In this document: piece by piece, positions 44,329-55,304 of the stretch | Layout: every line of letters starts with the position of its first letter | Numbering within the stretch: position 1 is the stretch's first letter | IMG/VR virus record: IMGVR_UViG_3300005617_000584 | Origin: an uncultured virus (IMG/VR IMGVR_UViG_3300005617_000584) | Lineage: Duplodnaviria; Heunggongvirae; Uroviricota; Caudoviricetes | Length of the DNA: 64,000 bases | Direction: 5' to 3' (one strand) | Position numbers and translations under genes: made by a program | The notes under the pieces: model-generated | What the model saw: the letters and a program-made list of their open reading frames with translations, nothing else | What the model was told of the DNA's origin: nothing | Database searches by the model: none

Positions 44329-47300
44329 ATGGCGGACACGAATAGTAACCCGGATATTCTCCTCAGTATTGGTGGAGATCCCGGCCCGCTCTTCAAGCAG
44401 ATCGAGGCCCTCCAGGCTGAGATCAGCAAGCTTGGAACGAATTCGTCTGTCGGTGAAGTGTCTAATGCTCTGGCGGCTACTGGACGGACGGCCGATGTTA
44501 CGAAGGAAAAGGTCAAAGGGCTTAATGCTACCTTCGCCGATATGGCCACCGCGACGAAGAAGGCAGTTGGTGAATCCGAAACAGCCCTCCTGAAGCTGAG
44601 TCGACTTGTAGTTTCCCTCCAGTCTGAACTGAATAAAGGTGGCATTTCTGAAGGGCTCCAGTCACAAATCCAAGCCAAGATTAATGAAGTAAAGCTTCTG
44701 ATTGAGCAGTTGCGTAGTGTTGGCGCAGGCGGAATTACGTTCGATATCTCTGAATTGAAGAATACATCGAATGAATTCCGGAAATTGACAGCGTCGATGG
44801 GGTTGTTTGCTAAGGGTTTCACAGATATGGATGCAGCGATCGCCGCTTCGATGGGCAAGATAGCCCAGGCTGTCGGGGCTGGCGTTGCGGAGTCGCAAGC
44901 TGAATTCGTCGGATTGACGGCGGCGATGGGGGTGTTTGCCAAGGGCTTCGTCGACATGGATGTTCAGATTGGCCTGTCGATGCAGAAGATGGCCCAGGCG
45001 ATCGGGGCTGGCGTAACGGAGTCGCGAACGGAATTTATTGCCCTGACGGCGGCGATGGGGGTCTTCGCCAAGGGCTTTACGGATATGGATGCACAGATTG
45101 GCCTGTCGATGCAGAAGATGGCGGAGTCGATCGGCGTAGGTGTGACTGCATCGCAGACGGAATTCGTTGCCCTGACGGCGGCGATGGGGGTGTTTGCCAA
45201 GGGCTTCGTCGACATGGATGCACAGATTGGTGTGTCCATGCAGCAGATGGCTCAGTCGATCGGGCGTGGTGTCGCGACTGCTGAGACGGAGTTCATCGGA
45301 TTGACAGCGTCGATGGGGCTGTTCGCCAAGGGCTTCGTCGACATGGATGCGAAGATCGGTCTGTCGATGAATCAGATGGCCGCGTCGATTCGGAAAAACC
45401 TAGCGGATATTGCGCTCGCCGAGCGAACGCTCCTGGCGGAACAGTCCGCAGCGGAAGTAAAGCGCCTCCGACAAATTGAGACGCTGATTGCGGCGAATGA
45501 GCGGCTGAAGAGATCTGGATTGGCAAGTGATCCTGCATTCAGGGCGAATAGTAGCGCAATCGCTGATTTGGGGCCAGTGGTTGGTGGAACTGGCATTGCT
45601 AAGACCACTGAAGAAATGTTGCGACTGAAGATTGCTTCGGATGCCGCCGCCAATTCCGCGACCGTCCTTCATGGTGTCATGGGATCGCTGGGCACCCGCT
45701 TTATTAGGACGGCGGTGATCGTTGGCGGAATGGTATTGGCGTTCCAGGCATTGGCGGCAATTAAGGCGATCATCCAGAACGTAATCGACCTTGACGCAGC
45801 CATGACGAAGATGGCGACGACGATGTCGACAGTTGATGAAAAAGCCGCCTTGTTGCCGCAGTTATTCGAGTTGACCCAGCAGGCGATGCGCGAGACGGGG
45901 AAGTCGGCCTCCGAGGCTGGGAAGATCGTCTTCGAACTGCAGAAGGCCATCGGAAATAACGCTGCAGAAATTAAGGGAGCCCTGCTCCCCGCATTGGCAT
46001 TGCTGGTTAGCGGTGAAGCGGATACCGCGCAGGTCGTTCGTGCTCTGGTTGGTGTGTTCAATCTGTATGGAGAGACCCTGGAAGGGGCGACCACGAGCTC
46101 CCAGAAGTATGCGCGGATCGCCGACATCATCACGGTCGTTTCGAGGAATACGGTCGCATCCGCGTCGTCCTTGACGGAAGCGCTCCAAAATTCCGCCGCG
46201 CGTGCTCGCCTCGCTGGATTTGGTCTCGAAGAGCTGACTACGATCCTCGGCCTCCTGCAGAATGCGCTCCAGGCGTCTGGTCGATCAGGCGTTGAAGTCG
46301 CGCGCGTCCTGGAAGCTCTCATTAAGCATACAGCGGATGTACGTGAAATCTTCCAGCTTGATATTAAGCCTGGTGCTACCTCCTACGATGTCCTGCTGGC
46401 ACTTCTTGAGAAGCTCAGTAAGGAGATAGCGAGGTTCGGAACGCTGACGCCGCAAACCCTCCGTGATGTAGAAAAAGCGTTCGCTAATGAAATTCCTGGC
46501 CGCGCCATTGAAGCGTTGGTACTGCAGTTCCCGAAGTTGGCTGGATTGCTGGACAAGACCAAGGTTAGCTGGGGGGCCGCGACTGAGGTCATCACTGAAA
46601 ATCGCCTCTCATTAAGTAATGCGGCCAGTGTCATGGTGAATGAGTATCTGCTAGCCTTGGATAAGGTATTTGCCAAGATTGGTGGAGATGAGGCGACTGG
46701 CAGGTTTGAAACTATTAGTAAGCTGTTTTTGAAGATCGGTGAAAATGTTCGTCAGACTACTCGCGATCTTGAGAATTACGGCATTGCTTATACCGCGTGG
46801 TTGAAGTTAAAGCACCTGGGCGAGGATACCGGATTGACGGGCCGGACAGTCGGGTCGCTTTTCGAAGACCCTTGGGCAAATCAGCGTGTGAAGCCAGGTA
46901 GTGCAGAGGATCCAGTCGTGCAGCAACGCCGACGGGTTGCCCGAGAAACAGCTGAGCTCGATCAAGTAACGCAAGACTATACGATTACGTTGAGTGCGGA
47001 GCAGCAAGCTTATCAGCGCGCGGAAGTGGCTGCGCTTCGCATGAAGGAAGCTCAGGCTGCCGTTGCGGTGGCGACGAAGAAGGTGAATGATGAGCTCCAG
47101 CGTGCCAATCCAAATCTGACGCTCGTCGAGCGCTTGGCGTTTGCGACGGAAGATGTGGCTCGAGCGGAGAAGGAGTATGCCGAAGCGATCGGAAAGGCAA
47201 ATCGCGCGGCCCAGTTCGGAGACAAAAGCCCTGCGGATATCCAGAAAGATCTCGAGGCGGCCGGTCAGAAGCGTAATTCCGCAAAAGCGGCTGAACTTAA

Positions 47301-50300
47301 TCTCATTAAGCAGTTGTCTGACGAGGAATACGCTCAGTTTAAGGCGCAGGCGGATCAGGATAAAGAACGCCAGGCGCTTGCAGAGGTGCGTAAGAAACAA
47401 CTGTTGGAGATCCGCGACCTTGATCTGGCGATCCATAACCAGAAGGCGGCGTTTTCTGATTCAGAGTTTGAGGCGCTCGTTAAGCAAATTGATAAGCAGA
47501 AAGAACTTGCCCTTATTCAGGTGCGTGAGAAATTTACGGCAATATCGAAAGATGGCGGTCCGAAACTCACAGGAGACCAAGAAGACCTTCAGCGTCGACT
47601 CGAAACAACGGTAAAGGAAAACGCCGAACTCCAGAAGACCGAAGCGGCGATGAAGGCGATTCGTGCTATTTTCAGCGAGACCAACACGTCGGCTGAAGCC
47701 CTGGGTCAAGCTATTGAAGTATTCAGTAAGAATCTTGAGAAGAATTCTCGGGCTGGTCTTGTTGGTGATGTGATTGCGCCACAAGCTGCGGAGCAGTTAC
47801 AGAAATTCATTGATCAAAGGAGTGGACTGCAGGCACTGAATGCGGAGCTGGAAAAGATCAATGCAACGACCGGGAAATTTGAACCGGAGGCGACTCAGGC
47901 GGCGACTGCGGCGAAGTCCTTGTATGGAGATATCGCCTCCATTATCGTAGCAGCCGAGCAGGGTGATGTTGTTGCGATTGCGTGGTTGAAGACGATTCAA
48001 GGCATTGGTGTTGCGGTTGGAAAAGTGACCGTCAAGAAGCTGGAGCAAGAACTCAAGGATCTCGACAATGCGATGAAGGTGGCCACGGTTACATTTGGCC
48101 AGTCTGGAGTCGAGCTTGAGCGTAATACGATGGCAATCAACGCTACCGGCAAGAGTTTCACTGAACTTAGTACCTCGTTGGTGGCATCCGACCAGGAATG
48201 GGCGAAGTGGATTGACAAGGTCGCTGCTGCTAGGGTTGAAGCCAAGCTCCTCACTGATGTGTTGGCGCTCCAGGCGATTGGCCTTGATAAAGTCACCGCG
48301 TCTCAGATTGCGCAGGAGAATGCGGCAAACCGCGTGAAGCTGACGGATATTCAGAGTGCCACGGCTGCCCTGAGAGAGAACAACGAAGCCTCTACAAAGT
48401 TCTATCTAGCCCAGATCGATAATGCGCGAGAGCTGGCTCGACGGAACGGTGATGTGTGGACGTTCTTTAGTAAGGGGCTCGAGGGCGCATCGGCGGAGGC
48501 GGGAGATTTTTGGAAGAATCTCGATACCCTGGCCAAGAATACCGCCGAGAGCATGAGTACGAATCTGAGCGATTTCTTCTTCAACGTCCTCCAGGGCAAT
48601 ATCAAAAGCGCTCAAGACGCCTTCAAGAATTTCTTCACGAGCTTGCTCCGTGAGGTGACGAACTTCTTGGCGAAGTCGGTCGTGAAGCAGTTCCTCGGAT
48701 TCTTTCTTGGTGGTGATAGTGGTGCTTCTGCTGTTGGAGCTATTTCTGCCGCCGCGATTGCATCTGGCAGCAATGCCAGTGGGAATACCAGTGGTATTAC
48801 TGGCAGTGAACACATCCGTGATATCTCGGTCAGGGGTGATGTCAATGTGACGTCGGCGACGACGACGCTTGGAACTGGCGGCGGCGGCGGGTTCCTTAAT
48901 AATATCCTAAGTGGTATTCAAGGGATTGGTAGCGTTAGCAAGTTAGCTGCTTCTTTTACTGGGCCTGGTGGTGTTCTGGAAGCATTAACGTTCGCGGCGA
49001 CGGAGTTTGCGAATACTGGAAGTATTTTTGGAGCCCTTGAGTCTGGATTTACGACATTCTTCGATCTTAGTGCGGCGCCAGCTGCACTAGGTGGTCTAGG
49101 TAGTGCCGCAGGCGCGCTCACGGGAGTGCTCTCCGCTGCTGCTATTGCGTTGAATTTGTATACAGCGGCACTGCAGTTGGGTAGTGAGGATGTGCGTACA
49201 TTTGCGTCGGGCGCGGCAACGTTCGCCGGAACAGCTGGCGGCGCTATTGTTGGGGCTATCGTTGGCACCATTGTCCCGGGTATTGGGAATATTCTGGGTG
49301 CGTTGATTGGCGGCGCTCTTGGTGGAACAATTGGCGGCGCTGGTGGTGCGTTTGGGTTCTTTGACGACGAGACAAAAGGCGGCGCTATTGCGCGTATCCT
49401 GACTGGACAGTTAAATCTCGAAGCGGCCCTTGGGAATACGTTCGGTGGTATCGGAAGCTTCATTACTGGTGCGGTGTTTGATCAGCAAGATACTGGCACT
49501 GCGATTGCCTCTGGGCTTCTGAACCCTGGTGGGGCTCTTGTATCGTTGCTCACGCGCGGTATTGGGGCGCTGTTTGACCTGTTCGGATTCTCGGCGGGTC
49601 AGTACCAGCCCAAGCGCGATGCCGCGAATACAACAGCGCTTTCTGCCCTTCAGGGCGTGTCTAAAGGGTACACGGATGTCGCCCGTGAGGGGGATACCGC
49701 GAAGCTGCTGAAAGCCCTCCAGAACCGCGAAGGCCAAATTGGATCGGATCCGAATACGCGTGGGGTCTTCTCGATCGCGATGTTGACTCCGGATCAAGTC
49801 AGTCGTCTCGGCTTCGATCAGAGCCAGCTCGGTGGGTTGAATGACGTGAATGGGACGCAGCGCTTCGAGGTGGGATTTGATCAGTTCACCCTGAATCAGT
49901 TCGAAGAACTCTTGCGGATGTTGGCACTCGATAAAGATCAGATCCCGGATACGATTGCAGGCCGGGCCAGCGTCGGGTACCTCACCCAGGATAAGGTTGA
50001 TGCCGTTCAGAAGTCGATAGCGGAAGCTGCAGCGAACGTCCTGAAAGCATTTACCATCTTTGCAGAGATCCGCGATAAGGTCAAGAACCTCTTCAAGGAC
50101 ATCAAAGATGCGATCGTCGATTTCCTTCCTGAAGATGTGCGGACCTCGTTTGAGCAGAATATTTTAGGGCCGTTGCAGCAGAGCATCGTCGATATCGTGT
50201 CGAACAAGGACTTTGATCTCGAAGAGATCACGGCGCGCATGACGGTGCTTCAAAACACCCTGACGGCGTATATGGGAATCGTGGTGTTGTATGGGCAGGT

Positions 50301-53160
50301 CAGCCAGGATCTTGCGACGGGCGCCGGGGATGTTGGCGCGGCCTTGCGGTCGAGTACGGCGGCGATTATTCGCGGAATCCGTACGCAACAGAAGGAAATC
50401 GATAAGACCTATATGGATCTTGGTCTTACGCAACAGCAGGCCAATACGATCAGTGGAAAGGGGGAAGGGTCAGGGCAGTCGATTGAGGAGATCATCAAAG
50501 ATGCGATGGGGACGCTTGATCTAAGCCCTGAGCGCGTCTTTGAAAAACTCACAAAGCTTCGGGAACTTGTGCTGGCGCGGTACGAGACGGAGAAGAAGGC
50601 GGTTCTTGAAATTGAAGGAATGATCAAGGCCCTGTATGAGGGTCTTGGGAATCAAATCCTAAAGCTGGAGGTCCAGATTGGCGGACTCGAGCTCAAGTCG
50701 CTCGGGACGGTGGACCGATTCAGGGATTTGGTGGTGGGTCTTCAGGACCTTGCGAATACCTCGAAATCGGTGTCTGAGGCCCTGTTTGCCATCAATGCAG
50801 GCTTTGCGCTGTTGGATTCGATTCTGCCTGCGTTGGTGAAAGACCTCGTCGACCGCTCAGTCTATCAGGGTACGCCGGGCGAAGGTGGTGGATTTGTGCG
50901 ACCCCCGGGGTCGGGCGGCGGGATTCAGAATCCTCTGAATGCGGTGGGCGATATCCTCACCGTTGTCCAAGGGGTCATCAATCCGCTCATCATGTCGACG
51001 GTGGCAGCGGTCGCAGCGGCGCAGGCGGCGGGGGATACAGCCGGGGCCACTACGTTAATCGCGGCGGCGGGCGCGAATATTCAAGCGGCGTTCAGTGCTG
51101 CGATGGCGGCCATCGATCAGTGGGAAGCGGCGACTGTGGCGGCGATCCAAGCGCAGCAAGCGGCGGCCGTCAAGAGCATTGAAGAACAACGGGATGCGGC
51201 CCTAAAGCCCCTACAGGAAGAGCGTCAAGCGAATCAGGAAAAGCTGGATGCGCTCGCCGACCAGCGCTATGCAATTAGCTTGCTGAAGCAGCCCCTCCAG
51301 GACGCGCTCAAGGCGATCGATGATGCGATTAAGCCGCTCTCGCGTCAGCTGAAAGACATCGATAAGGTGATCAAGGGCTACGAGCATGAGATCACCGCCC
51401 TGAATCGGGCGATTAATGAAATCTCCAAGGCCCAGGCGGTCTACCAGAAGCAGATCACGCACATCAATCGGCAGATTGCGCTCCTCGATGATGAAATCCG
51501 GCCGATCCAGGACGCCATCGATGCGATTGCGCGTCACAAGGATGCGCTTCAGCGGATTGCGGACGACAAGCTCTGGAATATCAAGATCCAACTGCATGCG
51601 CTGAACGAGCAGCGGAAGGTCATTGAAGAGCAGATTGCCCTGGTGGAGAAGTGGGCATCGGCGATCGACTCCGTCCGTAGTTACCTGTTGGATCTGGCGT
51701 TGGGCAATCAGGCGCCGCCCGATGCCCAGGGTCAGTATGACCTCGCCAAACAGAAATTTGATGAATCGAAAGCGAATTACCTGGCGGGTCCTACCCCCGA
51801 AGGCTTGGCGGCAATGCAGGAAGCCGCCGCGAAATTGCTGACGGCGTCAGAGCCGCTGTTTGCTCGTGCGTCACTGGACTATGAACAGCTGTATAATCAG
51901 ATTGTCGCGGCACTGGAAGAAGCGGCGACAATCGGGGCGGGCATCGGTGGTGATCCAGCAACCCTGAAGGATCTGCAGGATCAGTTGAAGCTGGTCACGG
52001 ATGAGATCGATCGTCTGAACGCGAAGGCGGAGCGGATCAGTTATAACCTGGAGCTAGCGCTCCACGTTCTTGAATTGCAGCAGCGCGCCCTCGAAGATCA
52101 GAAAGAGCCACTGGAAGACCAGATCAAGGTTCTGGAGCGGCAAGCGGACCTGCTGCAGCGTCAAGTGGATCTTCTCGAGGATCAGAAGGCGCCGTACCAG
52201 GAGCAGATCGATGCGCTCCAGGAACTGATCGATCACCAGAACGACCTCAAGGAACCAATTGAGGACGCGATCGATGTACTGGAAGACAGCAAGGAAATCT
52301 ACCAGGACCAGCTGGATGCCCTTGGGCGTCAAGAAGAAGCCATTGGCCGTCAGGAAGAGCTCCTGAATCGTGCGAATACGATCCTCGATCGCCAGATGAA
52401 CGATATCAATACGAAGGCGCAAACGATCATCAACGACATTAACCGCTTGGCGGGGGTCGCGATTGAGCAGACACACAAGGAGGCGGCGGCGGCCCGGACG
52501 GCGACCGAACAGTTCTTCGGGCCGCTCTTGGTTGCGGTGTCGCAGGCCCTAGGGGTCGGCTTCCAGCAAAATCGCGACTGGCTCCTGCAGTCCCTGATGG
52601 ACCTTACGGGCGGCGTGAATACAGGGGCCTGGCTCCGGGAGAAGTGGGGTGAGACTGTACGAGATTTGGATTTCATCGCGTGGTACATCCGCGACTACCT
52701 GGCCGGAGATATCGCGAACGCGATCAATGCAACGAAACCCGAGAAGGATTTGCTGATCCTGACATTGGAAAACGTCGGGATCACGATGACGAACTTGGAT
52801 TCCACGATCAAAGCTATCGATGCCAGGTTGGGTGGTGTTCCCTATCAGGAACCCGATCGCGGTCAAAATGCGCAGGGTGGCATGTTGCGGGTGCCCAATA
52901 CCGGCACGATCTTGGTCCATAAGGATGAAGTCGTGGTCCCGATGCCGTTTGCGGAAGGCTATCGCCAGCGCGGCGGATGGATGGGGTCGAATGCAGAAAT
53001 AAGTGGGGAAACACACGTCACGATTGCTCCGGGAGCCATCCAGGTGAATGGGGTGAACGATCCCGTGGCCGTGTCGAATGCGGTCGTTAAGGGCCTTGAG
53101 CGTGAGCTCCGTACTGGTGGACGGTTCCGCCAGATCATTCAGAAGATCCCGAGGGGGTAG
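44329..53160 (+). CDS. Tape measure protein (2943 aa)
   Basis: Very long Ala/Leu-rich helical protein with a Gly-rich hydrophobic middle, coiled coils and C-terminal GG...VHKDEVVVP motif. Confidence 0.93.
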   Translation: MADTNSNPDILLSIGGDPGPLFKQIEALQAEISKLGTNSSVGEVSNALAATGRTADVTKEKVKGLNATFADMATATKKAVGESETALLKLSRLVVSLQSELNKGGISEGLQSQIQAKINEVKLLIEQLRSVGAGGITFDISELKNTSNEFRKLTASMGLFAKGFTDMDAAIAASMGKIAQAVGAGVAESQAEFVGLTAAMGVFAKGFVDMDVQIGLSMQKMAQAIGAGVTESRTEFIALTAAMGVFAKGFTDMDAQIGLSMQKMAESIGVGVTASQTEFVALTAAMGVFAKGFVDMDAQIGVSMQQMAQSIGRGVATAETEFIGLTASMGLFAKGFVDMDAKIGLSMNQMAASIRKNLADIALAERTLLAEQSAAEVKRLRQIETLIAANERLKRSGLASDPAFRANSSAIADLGPVVGGTGIAKTTEEMLRLKIASDAAANSATVLHGVMGSLGTRFIRTAVIVGGMVLAFQALAAIKAIIQNVIDLDAAMTKMATTMSTVDEKAALLPQLFELTQQAMRETGKSASEAGKIVFELQKAIGNNAAEIKGALLPALALLVSGEADTAQVVRALVGVFNLYGETLEGATTSSQKYARIADIITVVSRNTVASASSLTEALQNSAARARLAGFGLEELTTILGLLQNALQASGRSGVEVARVLEALIKHTADVREIFQLDIKPGATSYDVLLALLEKLSKEIARFGTLTPQTLRDVEKAFANEIPGRAIEALVLQFPKLAGLLDKTKVSWGAATEVITENRLSLSNAASVMVNEYLLALDKVFAKIGGDEATGRFETISKLFLKIGENVRQTTRDLENYGIAYTAWLKLKHLGEDTGLTGRTVGSLFEDPWANQRVKPGSAEDPVVQQRRRVARETAELDQVTQDYTITLSAEQQAYQRAEVAALRMKEAQAAVAVATKKVNDELQRANPNLTLVERLAFATEDVARAEKEYAEAIGKANRAAQFGDKSPADIQKDLEAAGQKRNSAKAAELNLIKQLSDEEYAQFKAQADQDKERQALAEVRKKQLLEIRDLDLAIHNQKAAFSDSEFEALVKQIDKQKELALIQVREKFTAISKDGGPKLTGDQEDLQRRLETTVKENAELQKTEAAMKAIRAIFSETNTSAEALGQAIEVFSKNLEKNSRAGLVGDVIAPQAAEQLQKFIDQRSGLQALNAELEKINATTGKFEPEATQAATAAKSLYGDIASIIVAAEQGDVVAIAWLKTIQGIGVAVGKVTVKKLEQELKDLDNAMKVATVTFGQSGVELERNTMAINATGKSFTELSTSLVASDQEWAKWIDKVAAARVEAKLLTDVLALQAIGLDKVTASQIAQENAANRVKLTDIQSATAALRENNEASTKFYLAQIDNARELARRNGDVWTFFSKGLEGASAEAGDFWKNLDTLAKNTAESMSTNLSDFFFNVLQGNIKSAQDAFKNFFTSLLREVTNFLAKSVVKQFLGFFLGGDSGASAVGAISAAAIASGSNASGNTSGITGSEHIRDISVRGDVNVTSATTTLGTGGGGGFLNNILSGIQGIGSVSKLAASFTGPGGVLEALTFAATEFANTGSIFGALESGFTTFFDLSAAPAALGGLGSAAGALTGVLSAAAIALNLYTAALQLGSEDVRTFASGAATFAGTAGGAIVGAIVGTIVPGIGNILGALIGGALGGTIGGAGGAFGFFDDETKGGAIARILTGQLNLEAALGNTFGGIGSFITGAVFDQQDTGTAIASGLLNPGGALVSLLTRGIGALFDLFGFSAGQYQPKRDAANTTALSALQGVSKGYTDVAREGDTAKLLKALQNREGQIGSDPNTRGVFSIAMLTPDQVSRLGFDQSQLGGLNDVNGTQRFEVGFDQFTLNQFEELLRMLALDKDQIPDTIAGRASVGYLTQDKVDAVQKSIAEAAANVLKAFTIFAEIRDKVKNLFKDIKDAIVDFLPEDVRTSFEQNILGPLQQSIVDIVSNKDFDLEEITARMTVLQNTLTAYMGIVVLYGQVSQDLATGAGDVGAALRSSTAAIIRGIRTQQKEIDKTYMDLGLTQQQANTISGKGEGSGQSIEEIIKDAMGTLDLSPERVFEKLTKLRELVLARYETEKKAVLEIEGMIKALYEGLGNQILKLEVQIGGLELKSLGTVDRFRDLVVGLQDLANTSKSVSEALFAINAGFALLDSILPALVKDLVDRSVYQGTPGEGGGFVRPPGSGGGIQNPLNAVGDILTVVQGVINPLIMSTVAAVAAAQAAGDTAGATTLIAAAGANIQAAFSAAMAAIDQWEAATVAAIQAQQAAAVKSIEEQRDAALKPLQEERQANQEKLDALADQRYAISLLKQPLQDALKAIDDAIKPLSRQLKDIDKVIKGYEHEITALNRAINEISKAQAVYQKQITHINRQIALLDDEIRPIQDAIDAIARHKDALQRIADDKLWNIKIQLHALNEQRKVIEEQIALVEKWASAIDSVRSYLLDLALGNQAPPDAQGQYDLAKQKFDESKANYLAGPTPEGLAAMQEAAAKLLTASEPLFARASLDYEQLYNQIVAALEEAATIGAGIGGDPATLKDLQDQLKLVTDEIDRLNAKAERISYNLELALHVLELQQRALEDQKEPLEDQIKVLERQADLLQRQVDLLEDQKAPYQEQIDALQELIDHQNDLKEPIEDAIDVLEDSKEIYQDQLDALGRQEEAIGRQEELLNRANTILDRQMNDINTKAQTIINDINRLAGVAIEQTHKEAAAARTATEQFFGPLLVAVSQALGVGFQQNRDWLLQSLMDLTGGVNTGAWLREKWGETVRDLDFIAWYIRDYLAGDIANAINATKPEKDLLILTLENVGITMTNLDSTIKAIDARLGGVPYQEPDRGQNAQGGMLRVPNTGTILVHKDEVVVPMPFAEGYRQRGGWMGSNAEISGETHVTIAPGAIQVNGVNDPVAVSNAVVKGLERELRTGGRFRQIIQKIPRG
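44785..45385 (+). repeat. 129-bp (43-aa) tandem repeats, ~4.7 copies, in the tape measure N-terminus
   Basis: Units start at 44785, 44914, 45043, 45172 and 45301 (LTA.MG.FAKGF.DMD..I..SM..MA). Confidence 0.92.
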
Positions 53161-53163
53161 CGC

Positions 53164-53640
53164 ATGGCAACGTCAACGTTAATGGGTTGGACGATCCCGA
53201 CTGAGACATCGGATCCGTGGTACACGGCCTTTGTGGCACTCGTGAATGAGATCGATGCGGCGGCAGCGGCCCAGCGGGCCATCATGCAGTTCTGGAATGG
53301 GTCTGTCGTCGTTCCCGTAAATACGAGTACGTTCCTCGGGCGTGGACATGGAGCGGAATTCAGCGTGCGCTTCATGAGCCCGGTGGCGGGGACGATTACG
53401 CGAATGATGACGGTCTCAGATGCAGCGCCGGGCGGCGCGCAAACATATGTCTATTCGGTGAGGCTGTCGGGGGTGGATACCGCCTTAACCTCGACTGTTT
53501 CTGCGGCACAGTCGGCATCGAACGTGACGGGGAGTATTGCGTTGGCGGTAGGCAATCAAGTGACGATCCATCTAGTGACGTCGTTGACGGCCGTTGCGGC
53601 GAATCACATGGTGACGCTGGCGATTCAGGTAACAGGCTAA
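53164..53640 (+). CDS. Tail-associated protein
   Basis: Follows the tape measure gene; beta-rich. Confidence 0.7.
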   Translation: MATSTLMGWTIPTETSDPWYTAFVALVNEIDAAAAAQRAIMQFWNGSVVVPVNTSTFLGRGHGAEFSVRFMSPVAGTITRMMTVSDAAPGGAQTYVYSVRLSGVDTALTSTVSAAQSASNVTGSIALAVGNQVTIHLVTSLTAVAANHMVTLAIQVTG

Positions 53641-54443
53641 TGGCGTCCAGGGTCTCGGTTTTCTCGGTCACAAATCTCGCGGAGGTGGCGACGATTACCG
53701 CGTCGTCGCAGGCCACGGGATTTGAGGCGACGAATGTGGTCCCGGCAGGCCGCCCATTCTATGGATGGCGCTCGACGAGTGTGACTGGAGAATTTCTCAA
53801 GGTCCAGCGTACGGCGACCCCTGGGGATATATTGGCGCTCTACGTGGGAAACGTGAACTTCTCGACGCTCCGGGTCCAAGCGTCGGCTACCGATGACTAC
53901 ACCACACTCGGAGTCACGTACTACCAATACCAGGTCACTATGAGGCGCAATATCTTCAACTGGCGGTATCAGGGTGCGTTTATCCTTCCAGAAGAAATGA
54001 ATAAGGCGTTCCTGAGGATACGAGTGGTGACCGCGATTGATCCGGCCGCGACGTATTTAACGATTGGGGACCTCTGGCTCGGATTGGCGACCAAAGTGGA
54101 CCTCCTGCATGACATTAGTTTCCAAACGATCACGCCCCGTACACTGATCGATGCTGACAGTGGGGCCTTCACGGAGGAGCTCATCATGGGCGAGCCTCGG
54201 GCGCGGCTTTCAGTGAATCGCCGGGCACGCACGGATCGGCTGACGCCGGGCATGGCTGATGATCTGACGAGATGGACGGAGATTGACCGACAGATGTATA
54301 GCACGGGTGGGTTGTTCATTCCCACGATCAACGATCCAACGAATGCATTCATCGTGCGCCAGGTAGGTCAATACGGATGGACTCGGCAACGGCTGAATTT
54401 TATGGATTCACACATGGACCTCGACGAGATCGTCGGGCCGTAA
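53640..54443 (+). CDS. Putative distal tail protein
   Basis: Position and size; TAATG-coupled. Confidence 0.65.
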   Translation: MASRVSVFSVTNLAEVATITASSQATGFEATNVVPAGRPFYGWRSTSVTGEFLKVQRTATPGDILALYVGNVNFSTLRVQASATDDYTTLGVTYYQYQVTMRRNIFNWRYQGAFILPEEMNKAFLRIRVVTAIDPAATYLTIGDLWLGLATKVDLLHDISFQTITPRTLIDADSGAFTEELIMGEPRARLSVNRRARTDRLTPGMADDLTRWTEIDRQMYSTGGLFIPTINDPTNAFIVRQVGQYGWTRQRLNFMDSHMDLDEIVGP

Positions 54444-54453
54444 GGAGAATACG

Positions 54454-54720
54454 ATGACAGGCAAACAAAAAGCACTGCTGGCCGTGATAGGGCTCTTCAC
54501 GGCAGCGGGGGCGGGCGGGTACGCCTACAAGAGTCAGGTGTTGGATGTGATTGATGCGAACTGTGGGCATAAGATCGAGCGAGTCGGCGCGAATATCAAG
54601 ATTACACCCAAGGAAGCGTTGGTCTTGATTCAGGAAGGATGTAAAACCGAAGGCCCCGTGAATGCGGCGGGGGCGAGTGACACAGTGGAAATCATACTCA
54701 CGAAAGGGGGTATACGCTAA
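54454..54720 (+). CDS. Small protein with N-terminal hydrophobic/signal segment
   Basis: MTGKQKALLAVIGLFTAAGAGGYA; aaggag RBS. Confidence 0.7.
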   Translation: MTGKQKALLAVIGLFTAAGAGGYAYKSQVLDVIDANCGHKIERVGANIKITPKEALVLIQEGCKTEGPVNAAGASDTVEIILTKGGIR

Positions 54721-55301
54721 TGAAGTGGATGAAGTGGACCGCAATCGGCTCGATCGTGCTGATGTCGCTGGGCGTGGGCACGTATTTCAATGGGTTCCAT
54801 AGCCCGCCGCAGGATGGTGGGCTCACGATCAATAGTGCTGAGATTCCGGTGACGGTGAAGGTAGAGCTGCGCGGGCCGGATGGGATCCTCAAAGAGGTGC
54901 GCGAATCCCATAACCGTATTACGAACGTGGGGCTCCAGGATGGGCTCAACCGCATGTTGTCGACCGGGACATTGGTTGCCAACTATATTGCGCTCGAGAC
55001 GGGGAACTGCACGATCGGCTCAACGGCATTCACGGATACTGCGCTCACCACGGAGGTGGGGACGCGTCAGCAGGACACCAGCGTCACGATCTCATCGCCG
55101 ACAGGTGGCCAACGAACGGGGCAATTGTCGGTGACGTTTGCGGCAGGAAATCCCGCGACCTCGGCGGCGGTGTGCGGAGTAGGGCTCTTCACGGCGCTCA
55201 CGGGGCCGGATATGTTCCTCAGGACCACGTTTGCGGTGGTCAATAAGGGCACTGGTGATGCGCTCACGGTTACGATCAACGTGAATCTGACTGCGTCGTA
55301 A
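54720..55301 (+). CDS. Tail structural protein with N-terminal hydrophobic segment
   Basis: N.IT..G, DTALTTE, GLFTA, V.K.TGD.LTVT motifs. Confidence 0.75.
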   Translation: MKWMKWTAIGSIVLMSLGVGTYFNGFHSPPQDGGLTINSAEIPVTVKVELRGPDGILKEVRESHNRITNVGLQDGLNRMLSTGTLVANYIALETGNCTIGSTAFTDTALTTEVGTRQQDTSVTISSPTGGQRTGQLSVTFAAGNPATSAAVCGVGLFTALTGPDMFLRTTFAVVNKGTGDALTVTINVNLTAS

Positions 55302-55304
55302 CGT

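Noticed and set aside
44785..45385. CRISPR-like array
   Set aside because: In-frame coding tandem repeats with no unique spacers. No CRISPR array or cas gene seen in the window.
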